Positions 1 to 24,156 of a DNA stretch of 64,000 bases are shown piece by piece. The stretch lies in NCBI RefSeq assembly GCF_009914755.1, contig NC_060948.1; one strand, given 5' to 3'. The notes beneath the pieces were generated by a model that ran no database searches, was not told the DNA's origin, and was given only the letters and a program-made list of their open reading frames with translations. Position 1 is the stretch's first letter. Each line of letters opens with the position of its first letter. The position numbers and the translations under genes were made by a program. The DNA comes from the human T2T-CHM13v2.0 reference genome, Homo sapiens.

Positions 1-96
1 AACAGAGTGAAAGTCTGTCAAAAAAAGAAAGAAAGAAAGACAGAAAGAGAGAAAGAAAGAAAAGAAAGAAAGAAAAAGAAAAGAAAAGAAAGAAAG

Positions 97-151
<55 letters not shown>

Positions 152-175
152 AAAAGAAAGAAAATAAAAGAATAG
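1..175 (+). repeat. Alu 3' end followed by (GAAA)n microsatellite
   Basis: aacagagtgaaagtctgtcaaaa then long GAAA runs. Confidence 0.9.
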
Positions 176-344
176 AAAATTGAAATAAATGAAGTAAACT
201 TTGACCTAAGGATCTGGAGAAGAAAAATGAAAATGCTTTCCTAAGGAAAACACATAAAAGAAAACCAAAAAGATCAAAGCAAATGAGAAATACAGAAAGA
301 AAACAGTGTAAACATAAATGATACCACTGGGGAACAGAGACTGA

Positions 345-650
<306 letters not shown>

Positions 651-774
651 CTGGTGTTGGTTTCTAAACCTCCTCTCCCTGTTATAAAATGTCCAATATA
701 CACTATATTTTGCAGATGAAAAGTAGAATATTACAATTACAGAGCAGACCCTGAAACTATAAAAAAAAAATTAG

Positions 775-1102
<328 letters not shown>

Positions 1103-1150
1103 TCATTTTTTCATAAAATAAATGAACAAAACCAATAATGCATGCCTATG

Positions 1151-2460
<1,310 letters not shown>

Positions 2461-2607
2461 TTCTCCTATCACACTGTCATCATTTCCACTGCGAAGAACA
2501 TGGGGAAAACTGGCCAGACAACCAAAGGAAGGGCGTGCACATACATTTGCACATCTTTTGGGAGAGCAACTTCACAACATGCAACTCAATCTTTAAAATC
2601 ATAAATC

Positions 2608-3700
<1,093 letters not shown>

Positions 3701-3718
3701 TCCTTTCAGGGGTTTGAA

Positions 3719-4271
3719 AGGGTTCTTGGATCTCGTGAGAAAGAACTCCGAGTGGGTCCATAGAGTAAAGTGAAAGCAAGTTTATTATGAAAGTAGAAGA
3801 ATAAAGAATGTGTACTCCATAGATGGAGCATCCCGAGAGCTGCTGGTGGCCTATTTTTATGGTTATTTCTCTATCATATGCTAAACAACGGGTGGATTAC
3901 TCATGAGTTTTCTGGGACAGGGGTGACCAATTCCCGGAGCTGAAGGTTCATCCCCCTTTTAGACCATGTCATGGCATCTGTAAACCGTCTCTTATCAGCT
4001 AATGCATTAGAATTAGCGTATCATGACCAGAGAGGATGACCAGAGGTCAGTCGTCACCATCTTGGTTTCGGTGGGATTTGGCTGGCTTTACCACAACCTG
4101 GTTTATCAGCAGGGCCTTTGTGACCTGTGTCTTGTGCTGACCTCCTCTGTCATCCTGTGACTTAGAATGCCTCATCCACCTCCAGAGAAGGCAGCCCAAG
4201 CAGGTCTCAGCCTCATGTTACGCAGCCCCTATTCAAGATGGCAGAGTTGCTCTGGTTCTAATGCCTCTGAA
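3719..4271 (-). mobile_element. MER41 (MER41B-like) ERV1 solo LTR
   Basis: Reverse complement starts TCAGAGGCATTAGAACCAGAGCAACTCTGCCATCTTGAATAGGGGCTG, like the MER41 5' end; carries the segment with the tandem GAS positions (3910-3939). Confidence 0.85.
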
Positions 4272-4581
4272 AAATTTAGGGGATTGTTTTCTGAGCCCCA
4301 ACACTGTGATCTTAGCAACTGAGCAATTTTCCCACCTTCATGTAACCAAAGACAGAGTGGATCACAGAGCTTGGAAAGCTCGTACCCGGGAAATCGCAGC
4401 CTGCAGCTGACATGTTCTGAGATGTGCCTTGCCGTTGTGCAAAAGGCATGTTTGAATGCTTGCATGAGGACAAGTGACTCCCCCATTAACACCTCCAGGG
4501 GCTCAGTTCTGCCTCCAGCCACTGTCTCATCACGCAGCCATGGGTAGCAGAAAGCCACATGCCAAAATCTGACATCGGGCC

Positions 4582-5162
4582 TGTAAAAAATAAAGGTTCC
4601 TGTTCAAAGACTTTCCTCCCCATCTAATTAGGAATAAATAGTAACTTCTCTGAGAAGCAAACTTCATTCAAAGACTTGTGCTAACATTCCTAAATATCTG
4701 CCAGCCGTGATAAAGAAATCAATGTACTTTATGCTCTTAGCTCCCACAATTTAACCTAAGTATCAGCCCTGGCATGCTTATACTGGTCCAAGCAAGCATT
4801 ACGTCACAGCCTGTTCCTCTTCTTTATCTAAAAGTGCTTTTTCCTTTCTCAGCATTCCACAAGTTACTTCCTCCTTCCTTTGTTCTCCTCTGCCTTTGCC
4901 TCTTTTAAATAGTTCCAAGGTGCTGGCCAATCGGGACAAATACAGAATGTGAGGTCCCATTCCAGCCCTGGAAACTGGACACAGCAGTAGGGCGGACGCA
5001 TCAAGTGATAAATGACCCTGTCCCCTTTGTTCGCTGTACTCTCCTGGCAAAACTGCTGGAGAGTGTACCCTTTCTGCAGAAAGTAAAAAAAATGGCCTTG
5101 CTGAGGAAATTAATGTTCAAGTGCTATTTCTTTATGGCACTGGGGAACAAGCATTTCAAACA
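4582..5162 (+). mobile_element. ERV1 solo LTR (LTR10-family-like)
   Basis: TG...CA termini, near-perfect 4-bp TSD ggcc/gacc, internal CCAAT and TATA-like gataaa; subfamily from recall. Confidence 0.75.
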
Positions 5163-5375
5163 GACCTGAGGTTTACCCGATTTCTGCTGGAAAAGAAACC
5201 TCAGGTCTGCTGCCTTAGAAATAAATAAGGGCAGGACAGAAAGGGTGACAAGGGGGTCCTTAGCCATGGAGACTTTGCAAAATAATGAACAATCAAAACA
5301 TAACTTTTTGGGGGTTGGGGTGGGGTAGGAGGGGATTGGAAAGGCTGACTGCATAATAAAGAGATTGGAAGAATT

Positions 5376-5680
5376 GGCTGGGTATGGTGGCTTATGTCTG
5401 TAATCCCAGCACTTTGGGATGCTGAGGTGGGTGGATCACCTGAGGCCAGGAGTTCGAGACTAGCCTGGCCAACATGGTGAAACCCCGTCTCTACTAAAAA
5501 TACAAAAATTAGCAGGGCGTGGTGGCAGGTGCCTGTAATCCCAGCTACTCGGGAGGCTGAGGCAGGAGAATCCTTGAACCCGGGAGGTAGAGGTTGCAGT
5601 GAGCTGATACCACGCCATTGCACTCCAGCCTGGGTGACAAGAGCAAAACTCTGTCTCAAAAATAAATAAAAAGAAATCTA
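5376..5680 (+). mobile_element. Alu (AluS-like)
   Basis: TSD gagattggaagaatt / gagactggaagaatt. Confidence 0.92.
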
Positions 5681-6318
5681 AGAGACTGGAAGAATTAAGA
5701 CAGGGAAATTGAGTAGTTCAGAGCTGAAGTCCCATCTCTGATCCAAGATAAACTGTAAACCTCCAATTACTGTCAAGATATCTTTTTAAGGCAAACTTCT
5801 CCAATCTCCTCACCCCAGGGGAAGAGAAGAGTCCAGGAAACAGATAGTTATTAAGTGCAGAGAGGCAAAGACTGGCTTTCCTGCTGGCATGATCGTTTTT
5901 TAAATATCAGCTACAAGCATTCGGTTCTGAATCTCCAGCATTTGATTGATGGGTAAGAGGAATGGTTACTTGAAAAAGCAGAAAATGCATCATCCAAAGG
6001 CAGATTTTTCCAGAGTAAATGGAGGGGTTGGTTCTGTAATTATGGTTTTACACAGTAGCGTGGAGAAGAGAGAACTAAGATTGTTTAAAAATACGGTGTG
6101 GGGGCAGGCGAAAAGCCAATACATTTCTCTACAGGAGGTGAAGAAATGAATCCAAGAGGGGCACGTAGTTTCAGGAGAGATTCCCTGGGGTGGGGGTTAG
6201 GGATGAAGAAATATCCACCCCAGAAATGGGAAAGAATGAAAGCAAATACGTAGGAGGAAATGCCCATTAAGGTCTGTAAATGAAACCCTAAGGACTCTGA
6301 CAAAAGTCGTTGGTATTA

Positions 6319-6970
6319 GGCCGGGAGTGGTGGCTCGCGCATGTAATCTGAGCACTTAGGGACACTAAGGCAGGCAGGTCACTTGAGCCCAGGAGTTCAA
6401 GACCAGACTGGGGAGTATAGTAAGACCTTATCTCTACAAAAAATACAAAAAGTACCTGGGTGTGGTAAAGCACACCTGTAGTCCCAGCTAATTGTGAGGC
6501 TGAGGTGGGAGCAGATCATTTGAGCCTGGGAGGCGCACATGGCAGCAAGCCAAGATAGCGTCACTGCACGGCCTGGGAGGCAGATATGGCAGTGAGCCAA
6601 GATGGCGCCACTGCACGGCCTGGGAGGCGGACATGGCCTTGAGCCAAGATGGCGCCACGGCACTCCAGCCTAGGAGGCGGACGTGGTCGTGAGCCAAGAT
6701 GGCGCCACGGCACTGCAGCCTGGGAGGTGGACATGGCCTTGAGCCAAGATGGCGTGGCCGCTCTGCAGCCTGGGAGGCGGACATGGCCGTGAGCCAAGAT
6801 GTCGCGGCCGCACTGCAGCCTGGGAGGTGGACATGGCAGTGAGCCAAGATGGCGCCACCACACTCCAGCCTGGGAGGCGGACATGGCCGTGAGCCAATCA
6901 GCAAAGATGGCGCCACTGCACTCCAGTCTGGGTGAGACAGGGAGACTGCCAAAAAACAAAATTAAACAAA
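6319..6970 (+). mobile_element. Old Alu with internal 47-50 bp minisatellite (8 units, about 6525-6925)
   Basis: Right-arm segment gcctgggagg...gagccaagatggcgccactgcac(tcca) repeated 8 times. Confidence 0.9.
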
Positions 6971-7143
6971 AAATCATTCAATGAGCTTTCTTGTTGAATA
7001 AGAAACTGAACAAAAGCCACCTGCTACTAAATCTGGACCTTATAAAAGGGTATTTGAGTTCTCCATTTTTTGCTGATTAAAGCATTACTCTCTTCTTGTT
7101 ATTAAAAATCGTGAAGACTGAACATACTTTTGAGTGTTTATAA

Positions 7144-7440
7144 GACCGGGCGCGGTGGCTCACGCCTGTAATCCCAGCACTTTGGGAGGCCGAGGCGGGC
7201 GGATCCCGAGGTCAGAATATCGAGACCATCCTGGCTAACAGGGTGAAACCCCGTCTCTAATAAAAATACAAAAAAATTAGCCGGGTGTGGTGGCAGACGC
7301 CTGTAGTCCCAGCTACTCGGGAGGTTGAGGCAGGAGAATGGCGTGAACCCAGAAGGCGGAGCTTGCAGTGAGCTGAGATCACACCCTGCACTCCAGCCTG
7401 GGCAACAAAGCAAGACTCTGTCTCAAAAAAAAAACAAAAA
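7144..7440 (+). mobile_element. AluY-like
   Basis: CpG-rich Alu with AluY diagnostics. Confidence 0.9.
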
Positions 7441-7932
7441 GAAAGGAGCCCTTTATAAGTTATTGTGATGGATACTGTAGGATGTAAACGTGTCATATCT
7501 CGGTCTCCCAACAGCCAGTCTCCGTAGGCGGTGTCCTTTTATATGGATCAACAGGCAGTTTTTGCATTGATTATTTATCCACTTTGAGAGGTACTTGTGT
7601 AGAAGCAAGGACAACTGAGTTTTTATGTTAACTTCCTACGAATCCGTTGCATTGCAACGTATTTCCATTGCAGGACATTGTTGCATAATCAAATTGCCAA
7701 TGCAATTAGGGAAACTCAATCGACTGCTCATAACCTAGTTGACTGGAGCTATTTTTCCAGTGCTCATTAAACCTGATGACAATCACTGTTTTAATGAGTA
7801 AGTATGGGTGGCATTCAATATATTTATAAGTATTATAACAATCCTTCATGTCTAAATTGAATTTTCCCTTTGGCAGTACAAACAACTCCATTACATTCTT
7901 TCTAGGATATCTACGCTTAATATTCTTGATAA

Positions 7933-10618
<2,686 letters not shown>

Positions 10619-10904
10619 CACTCACCATATATTTACTGAACTTCAGTCATATGTGACGCAGGGATGACACAAGAACAGAAAAATCAGGGAGATGGAGATG
10701 GAGCTAACCACGGAAGCTGAAGTTCGTCGGCCAGATGGCCCAATGCACAATAATTCGGGGAACACACATCCAGGCAACTGCACCTGACTGGGAATACCTG
10801 GCTGTCCTACCACCATCTGGTCATCTAGGGGCTCCTACAGTAATACAGAAGACGCCGGCTGAGGCGTGTTCTATTCTACCAAGGGGACCTGGGCGTATCT
10901 CATG

Positions 10905-12060
<1,156 letters not shown>

Positions 12061-12357
12061 GCAATGTTCTCTCCTTTAAGAGATCACTCCTAAGCTATGA
12101 ACGATGAAAAAGGGGCCTATTTGGAAAGAGTCAGTGCCGTCAACGAAGAACAGTTTCCAGAAAGCTCAGAGGAGGCATCTGTTAACACTCTCTCATTATC
12201 CCCTGCAGAGGAATCATGGAGAAATGAAACATGGCTCAGGTGAATGCCTGTCATCAATATTCATTTTACATAATCAAACTGGTGAAGCAAAAGAGGAGAA
12301 CAGGAAAAGAAAAGCAGTGTAAGTTGAATTGTAAGTCTCGAAAAAATAGGGGGAAGT

Positions 12358-12775
12358 GGCCGGGCGCAGTGGCTCACGCCTGTAATCCCAGCACTTTGGG
12401 AGGCCGAGGCGAGAGGATCACGAGGTCAGGAGATGGAGATCATCCTGGCCAACATGGTGAACCCCCGTCTCTAGTAAAAATATAAAAATTATCTGGGCGT
12501 GATGGCGCATGCCTGTAATCCCAGCTACTCAGGAGGCTGAGGCAGGAGAATCGCTTGAACCCAGGAGGTAGAGGTTGCAGTGAGCCGAGATCGCACCACT
12601 GCATTGCAGCCTGGGCGACAGAGCAAGACTCTGTCTCAAAAAAAAAATATATAGATAGATATATAGATATAGATATAGATATATAGATAGATATAGATAT
12701 ATATAGATATAGATATATAGATAGATATAGATATATATAGATATATAGATAGATATAGATATAGATATATACAAT
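12358..12775 (+). mobile_element. Alu with (ATAG/AT)n tail microsatellite (12646-12770)
   Basis: Alu body followed by ATAGAT repeats. Confidence 0.9.
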
Positions 12776-12944
12776 AAATTAAAATAAAAACAATACAATA
12801 CAAATAAATAAACAAAAAATGTTAGAGCCGGCTCTGAGCTGGCTCTGGCTCTCAAGCCCTTTGACTTTGAAGTTCCTTGATCTGCTTTGCAATCTGTATT
12901 ACTTTCCTGGGATTGTCCAAACAAATGAGCACAGACTGGATGCT

Positions 12945-14220
<1,276 letters not shown>

Positions 14221-14262
14221 AATTATACATATTTGGAGTTAGGATGTGGACATAACTCTTCA

Positions 14263-15159
<897 letters not shown>

Positions 15160-15674
15160 TCAACAGTATCAACCCCAAAGTGAGCTCTCAGAATAACAGA
15201 CAGGCGGCCCTCCACCAGTGCTGTACGAGGAAGTGGTGTTCCTGTGTGTCTTTGGCGAGCGGTAATGCCTGCCAAGCAGCTCACATTCCCCAGGTTCCCC
15301 AACCCATGCCTTGCCTTGCTCAGTGAGTCGTGTCTGCAGCAAGTGCTGCTGGCTGTGCCAAGACTCCTCGTTCCCTCCTCCCTTCTCCCAGGCCCTCTCA
15401 TACAGCAGGCTCCGTGTGTGGAGCCCCGAGTGGGCATCAGGGAAGGCTGGCCCCCACACACCCAGCCCAGCCTCAGGCCTGGAGTTAGGGAAGCCAGTCA
15501 TGGCAGGGCTGTTCTTGCCAGTGGGTCCAGGCAAACCCTTCAGCATGGAGCCCGAGGCAGGAGGCCTACACAATCCTGCAGTGAGCCCTGAGCTGAGAAG
15601 AAGCCTGAGAAACACGCATGTCTTCCTCTGGGTGCTGTCATGCATGGGTGTGAAAACAGGAAATGCCCCAGCCA

Positions 15675-15960
15675 GCATACACACGTCACCTGCGCACACT
15701 GGCACGCACATGACTCACCTGTGCACACGAGCACTCACGCACCTTATCTGTGCACACTGGCACGCACCTCACCTGTGTACACAGGCATGCACATCTCATG
15801 TGTGCCCACGGGCACAAAGACCTCATCTGTGCCCACAGGTACACACAACTCACCTGTGCATATGGGCACGCATGCACCTCACCTGTGCATACTGGTACAC
15901 ACCTCACCTGTGCACATTGGCACACACATCTCAGCTGTACACACAGGCACGCACACATGC
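15675..15960. repeat. Degenerate CA-rich minisatellite, ~28-30 bp unit containing CACCTGTG
   Basis: ctcacctgtgcacac...ggcacgca repeated about 9-10 times. Confidence 0.75.
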
Positions 15961-16543
15961 CCTTGCTTCCTCAGGGCACCATGAAGGAGAAGCAGCCCCT
16001 CCCGGCCACAGGCCCTGCTCTCCCTGCATTCCTCTCACCCGCCCTTCCCTGCACAGCCCGGTGCTTCCTCAGCTGCCCGGAGAAGATGAAGTCCTGGCCA
16101 GCCTCGCTCCTTCCCTCCCACAACCGGCAGGGTTCACACTTCATGCAGGATCCCATCGAGGCCGACTCCCTCATCCCACACCCTTCAGCAGAGAGGCTCA
16201 CAGACACAGGAGCTCGATTCGACAAAACAGATGGGCCAAGGTATCCTAGGAGGCCCCCACGGCCCTCCCTTCGTTACATCCTGCCCCTCGCTGTGCAGGG
16301 AAATGCAAACTGTTAGGAGCTGGCAGGGCCTGTGCCCCTGGGCTCACCCTCCTCGTAGTCCTGAGGGTACTCCAGGGCCTGGGGGTGGGGAGGGCGCCCA
16401 CCCTGCTGTACATTACAGAGGCTGGCCCCAAAGTCTGATGCTGGCACAGCCAAGCAGCCAGTTCTTTCCGAGTGTGGCATTAACGCTTTGTGATCTTAGG
16501 GCTGCAGAGAAATTCAAAGGCGAGTCCGACTGTGTGCTCTGAC

Positions 16544-17158
<615 letters not shown>

Positions 17159-17504
17159 TGCTGGATTTTTTCTTATATCAGCTTAAACAAACTAAGATGA
17201 TTATTCCCACAGAGGAATCGTTTTTATCCTTAAGGCGGGGTTAGGAGGAATTCACAAGAGAGACCTGCTGATGGACAGACAGTACATTGCGTGTCGACAG
17301 GAGTCCACACCAATGCCACCTGCAGATGCAGTGCCTGACATTCCCATGGGGGCACAAGAGAAGGTTTAAATAGATCCGTTTTCCTTTTCTATGTCTCACC
17401 TCTGTGTTTCTTGTCCCTTCTAAAAAATAAAGTAACAATACCATCGCACATTGCTAAGTTGCCCAAGGACAGCAAATGGCTGGGGATGTACATATCCCAC
17501 AACA

Positions 17505-20085
17505 CAGCGCCAGGAGCACCTGTGCCCGGCAGATGCAGGCAGCACCATTTCCAGAGCACATGTGCCCAGCAGATACAGGTAGCAGTGTGCCCAGAGCACC
17601 GCTACCCAGCAGAAGCAGGGAGCACCGTGCCCAGAGCACCTCTACCCAGCAGACTCAGGGAGCACCGTGCCCAGAGCACCTGTGTCCAGCAGACTCAGGG
17701 AGCACTGTGCCCAGAGCACCTCTACCCAGCAGATGCAGGGAGCACCATGCCCAGAGCACCTGTGTCCAGCAGACTCAGGGAGCACTGTGCCCAGAGCACC
17801 TGTGCTCAGCAGACGCAGAGAGCACCGTGCCCAGAGCACCTGTGTCCAGCAGACTCAGGGAGCACTGTGCCCAGAGCACCTGTGCTCAGCAGACGCAGAG
17901 AGCACAATGCCCAGAGCACCAGTGCCCACCAGATGCAGGGAGCACTGTTCCCAGAGGACCATGCCCAGCAGATGCAGGGAGCATCGTGCCCAGAACATCT
18001 GTGCCCAGCAGATCCAGGGAGCACCATTTCCAGGGCACGTGTGCCCAGTAGACACAGAGAGCAGTGTGCCCAGAACACCTGTGCCCAGCAGACACAGGGA
18101 GTACCGTGCCCAGAGCACCTGTGCTCAGCAGACACAGGGAGCACCGTGCCCAGAGCACAATGCTCAGGAGATGCAAGGAGCACCGTTCTCAGAGCACCCA
18201 TGCCCAGCAGATGCAGGGAGCACTGTACGCAGAGCACTTGTGCCAAGCACACGCAGGGAGCACTATGCCGGGCACCAATGTGCAGCAAATGCGGGGGCAC
18301 TGTGCCCAGAGCACCCATGCCCAGCAGACTCCAGGGAGCACTGTAGCCAGAGCACCTGTGCCCAGCAGATGCAGGAAGCACCAGTGCTCAGCAGACGCAG
18401 GGAGCACTGTCCCCAGAGCACCAGTGTCCAGCAGACACAGGGAGCACTGTCCCCAGAGCACCAGTATCCAGCAGACGCAGGGAGCACTGTCCCCAGAGCA
18501 CCAGTGCTCAGCAGACGCAGGGAGCACTGTCCCCAGAGCACCAGTGTCCAGCAGACGCAGGGAGCACTGTCCCCAGAGCACCAGTGTCCAGCAGACGCAG
18601 GGAGCACTGTCCCCAGAGCACCAGTGCTCAGCAGACGCAGGGAGCACTGTCCCCAGAGCACCAGTGCTCAGCAGACGCAGGGAGCACTGTCCCCAGAGCA
18701 CCAGTGCTCAGCAGACGCAGGGAGCACTGTCCCCAGAGCACCAGTGCTCAGCAGACGCAGGGAGCACTGTCCCCAGAGCACCAGTGCTCAGCAGACGCAG
18801 GGAGCACTGTCCCCAGAGCACCAGTGCTCAGCAGACGCAGGGAGCACTGTCCCCAGAGCACCAGTGTACAGCAGACGCAGGGAGCACTGTCCCCAGAGCA
18901 CCAGTGTCCAGCAGACGCAGGGAGCACTGTCCCCAGAGCACCAGTGTCCAGCAGAAGCAGGGAGCACTGTCCCCAGAGCACCAGTGTCCAGCAGATGCAG
19001 GGAGCACTGTCCCCAGAGCACCAGTGCTCAGCAGATGCAGGGAGCACTGTCCCCAGAGCACCAGTATACAGCAGACGCAGGGAGCACTGTACCCAGAGCA
19101 CCAGTGCTCGGCAGACGCAGGGAGCAGTGTCCCCAGAGCACCAGTGTATAGCAGATGCAGGGAGCATTGTCCCCAGAGCACCAGTGCTTGGCAGACGCAG
19201 GGAGCACTGTCCCCAGAGCACCGGTGTCCAGCAGACGCAGGGAGCACTGTCCTCAGAGCACCAGTGTACAGCAGACACAGGGAGCACCGTCCCCAGAGCA
19301 CCAATGCTCGGCGGACACAGGGAGCACTGTCCCCAGAGCACCAGTGCTCGGCAGATGCAGGGAGCACTGTCCCCAGAGCACCAGTGTACAGCAGATGCAG
19401 GGAGCACTGTTCCCAGAGCACCAGTGCTCGGCAGACGCAGGAAGCACTGTTCCCAGAGCACCAGTGTACAGCAGACGCAGGGAGCACTGTCCCCAGAGCA
19501 CCAGTGCTCGGCAGACGCAGGGAGCACTGTACCCAGAGCACCAGTGTACGGCAGACACAGGGAGCACTGTACCCAGAGCACCAGTGTACAGCAGATGCAG
19601 GGAGCACTGTCCCCAGAGCACCAGTGCTTGGCAGACGCAGGGAGCACTGTCCCCAGAGCACCGGTGTCCAGCAGACGCAGGGAGCACTGTCCTCAGAGCA
19701 CCGGTGTACAGCAGACACAGGGAGCACCGTCCCCAGAGCACCAATGCTCGGCAGACACAGGGAGCACTGTCCCCAGAGCACCAGTGCTCGGCAGATGCAG
19801 GGAGCACTGTCCCCAGAGCACCAGTGTACAGCAGATGCAGGGAGCACTGTTCCCAGAGCACCAGTGCTCGGCAGACGCAGGAAGCACTGTTCCCAGAGCA
19901 CCAGTGCTCGGCAGACGCAGGGAGCACTGTCCCCAGAGCACCAGTGCTCAGCAGATGCAGGGAGCACTGTCCCCAGAGCACCAGTGTCCGGCAGATGCAG
20001 GGAGCACTGTCCCCAAAGCACCAGTGCTCGGCAGACGCAGGGAGCACTGTTCCCAGAGCACCAGCGTCCAGCAGATGCAGGGAGC
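17505..20085. repeat. 40-bp VNTR, about 64 units, in DHRSX intron 5
   Basis: Consensus GGAGCACTGTCCCCAGAGCACCAGTGCTCAGCAGACGCAG; exact 40-bp register from 18381 to 20085, degenerate units to the left. Confidence 0.97.
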
Positions 20086-20167
20086 GCCACACCGCACAGA
20101 CAGAGGGAGATGAATAACCTTTAACCCACCTGAGATGCTGTTATGATTATTCACAGGGTGCACCTAC

Positions 20168-20375
20168 CTGCTCTGAAGGTCATCCATGTTCAGCTCAGCG
20201 ACGTAATGGGTGGCAGAGGAGACGGTGACCACCCTCGCACTGTGGCCAGGGGACCCAGACTCTTTCAGCGTATCCAAGAGAAGGTTGGTCAGCAGGAAGT
20301 GCCCTAGGTAGTTCAGGCCGAAATGTTCTTCGAATCCATCTCTGGTTTTCCTCTGAGGGACCATCATCACCCCAG
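20168..20375 (-). CDS. DHRSX: DHRSX internal coding exon (exon 5), short-chain dehydrogenase/reductase
   Basis: Minus strand reads ttctcttttgtccag|CTGGGGTGATG...CAGAGCAG|gtaggtg, canonical AG/GT, 208 nt. Translates (A)[68 protein letters not shown], typical of RDH/WWOX-like SDRs, and matches my recall of DHRSX. Confidence 0.96.
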
Positions 20376-20627
20376 CTGGACAAAAGAGAATATCAGAAGG
20401 AGTTAGACTGGGGAAGACAGTGGAGAAATCTCACAGATGGATTCCCCAGATGCGCAAATGGCCCAGGACATCGGAGGGTGGGGTGTAGAGCTGGCGGCCA
20501 TGTCTTCCTCCTGGGCCTCTGTTTCCTGCTTTAGGTGTGATGGAGAAGATTCTAGAAGATCACTGAAGTCCCTTCCTGCCTTCTGTCTCTGCACCTCTGT
20601 GCCTTGAGTTTAAAAATAATAACCACA

Positions 20628-21043
<416 letters not shown>

Positions 21044-21092
21044 TCATCCAAGTCACCAAACAGAGTCCCCTGGACAATTAATTATTCTGGGC

Positions 21093-21370
21093 GGCTAGGT
21101 GTGATGGCTCATACATGTAATCCCAGCCTTTGGGTAGGTGAGTAGGGCAGACTGCTTGACGTCAGGAGTTCGAGACCAGGCTGTGCACCACAGTGAAACT
21201 CCATCTTTACCAAAAATACAAAAAATTAGTGGGTGTGGTGGTGCGTGCCTGTAGTCCCAGCTACTCGGGGAGGTTGAGGCGGGAGGATTGTTTGAGCCCA
21301 AGAGGTGGAGGTTGCAGTGAGCCGAGATTGTGCTACTGCACCCCAGCCTGGGCAACAGAGATCCTGTCTC
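21093..21370 (+). mobile_element. AluJ-like
   Basis: gggaggattgtttgagccca J-type right arm. Confidence 0.85.
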
Positions 21371-21739
21371 CCCCCAGAATTCTGGACAAGTATAGCTGCT
21401 ATGGCACCCCCTCTTCACTGAGTATCCCACAAACAAACTGCTCAGATGTCCTTTGAGAAATGCCGACCTCAGTATAAACATGGCCTGTCCTCACCCCTAG
21501 ACCACAGGGCAGCCCTGTCGGTCATCATTCTATAGACATCATCATCACCGCAGGTTCTGTGCTTGACACGTTCTATCTACCAGACACAGAACAGCCCACC
21601 CCTGTCAGGCCAAGCCCGGCTGAGCGCCTGCCCTGAAGTCCTTGCTGTGGAGGCCTGATCTCAAAGGTGACTTGTCCTAGAAACACGCACGAACCATACT
21701 GCCTTGTACTTAGAGCAGACCAGTTTGCTTGGATATTAA

Positions 21740-23640
<1,901 letters not shown>

Positions 23641-24156
23641 ACACAGTCTTTCCAGTTGTACTTTATGAACACTCAAAACCAAAGCTGGCTCCTCGCCGGC
23701 TCAGCATTCCCAAAGAACCAAGCAGGAGCCACGTGGCCTTATCGACCCAACTTTGGAACTCCTACAGAGTTGTCACCACTGCCCCATTCTAGGAATTACG
23801 AGACAGTTAATGAGGACAGCCGAGATTCAAGAGACGGAGCAGGGACTCCAGCTCCCGAAGAGACAAGTGTGAAAAGAATTTGCAGGCCTGTTTTACAGCC
23901 TCTCCAACCCGCCTTTCAAAACTGTGGATGCACAGGCCGCACTGGATGCCCCATTGCGCGGAGGGCCCACGGAAGACTCAGCAGTGGGTCCCGCGGCTCT
24001 ACACGTCCCTGGCCCCAGTGGAGGCTTGACAATTGTGAGGTCCTTGAGGAAAAACCAACGTCTTATTCTGGCTGTAGCCTCCACAGTGCGGTTGTAGTGC
24101 TTTGGGTACAGCAAGGGGGAAATAAAAAATAAACGTGGATGGAGATCTGCTGCTTT

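Noticed and set aside
15311-16316. 312-aa and 188-aa ORFs
   Set aside because: GC-rich sequence plus CA-rich repeat; no recognisable domain.
17505-20085. CRISPR-like palindromic array
   Set aside because: Units are head-to-tail with no unique spacers, no cas genes, and the DNA is primate.
18381-20085. Split REST/RE1 half-sites in the VNTR (CTGAGCACT...GGACAGTGCT on minus)
   Set aside because: Left half has three mismatches to TTCAGCACC and spacing is non-canonical; too weak without ChIP data.
17411-20124. ORFs of 300-686 aa on both strands (mucin- or keratin-associated-like)
   Set aside because: The 40-bp unit lacks stops in most frames; peptides are the same 40-aa cycle in shifted frames; intronic with no supporting gene structure.
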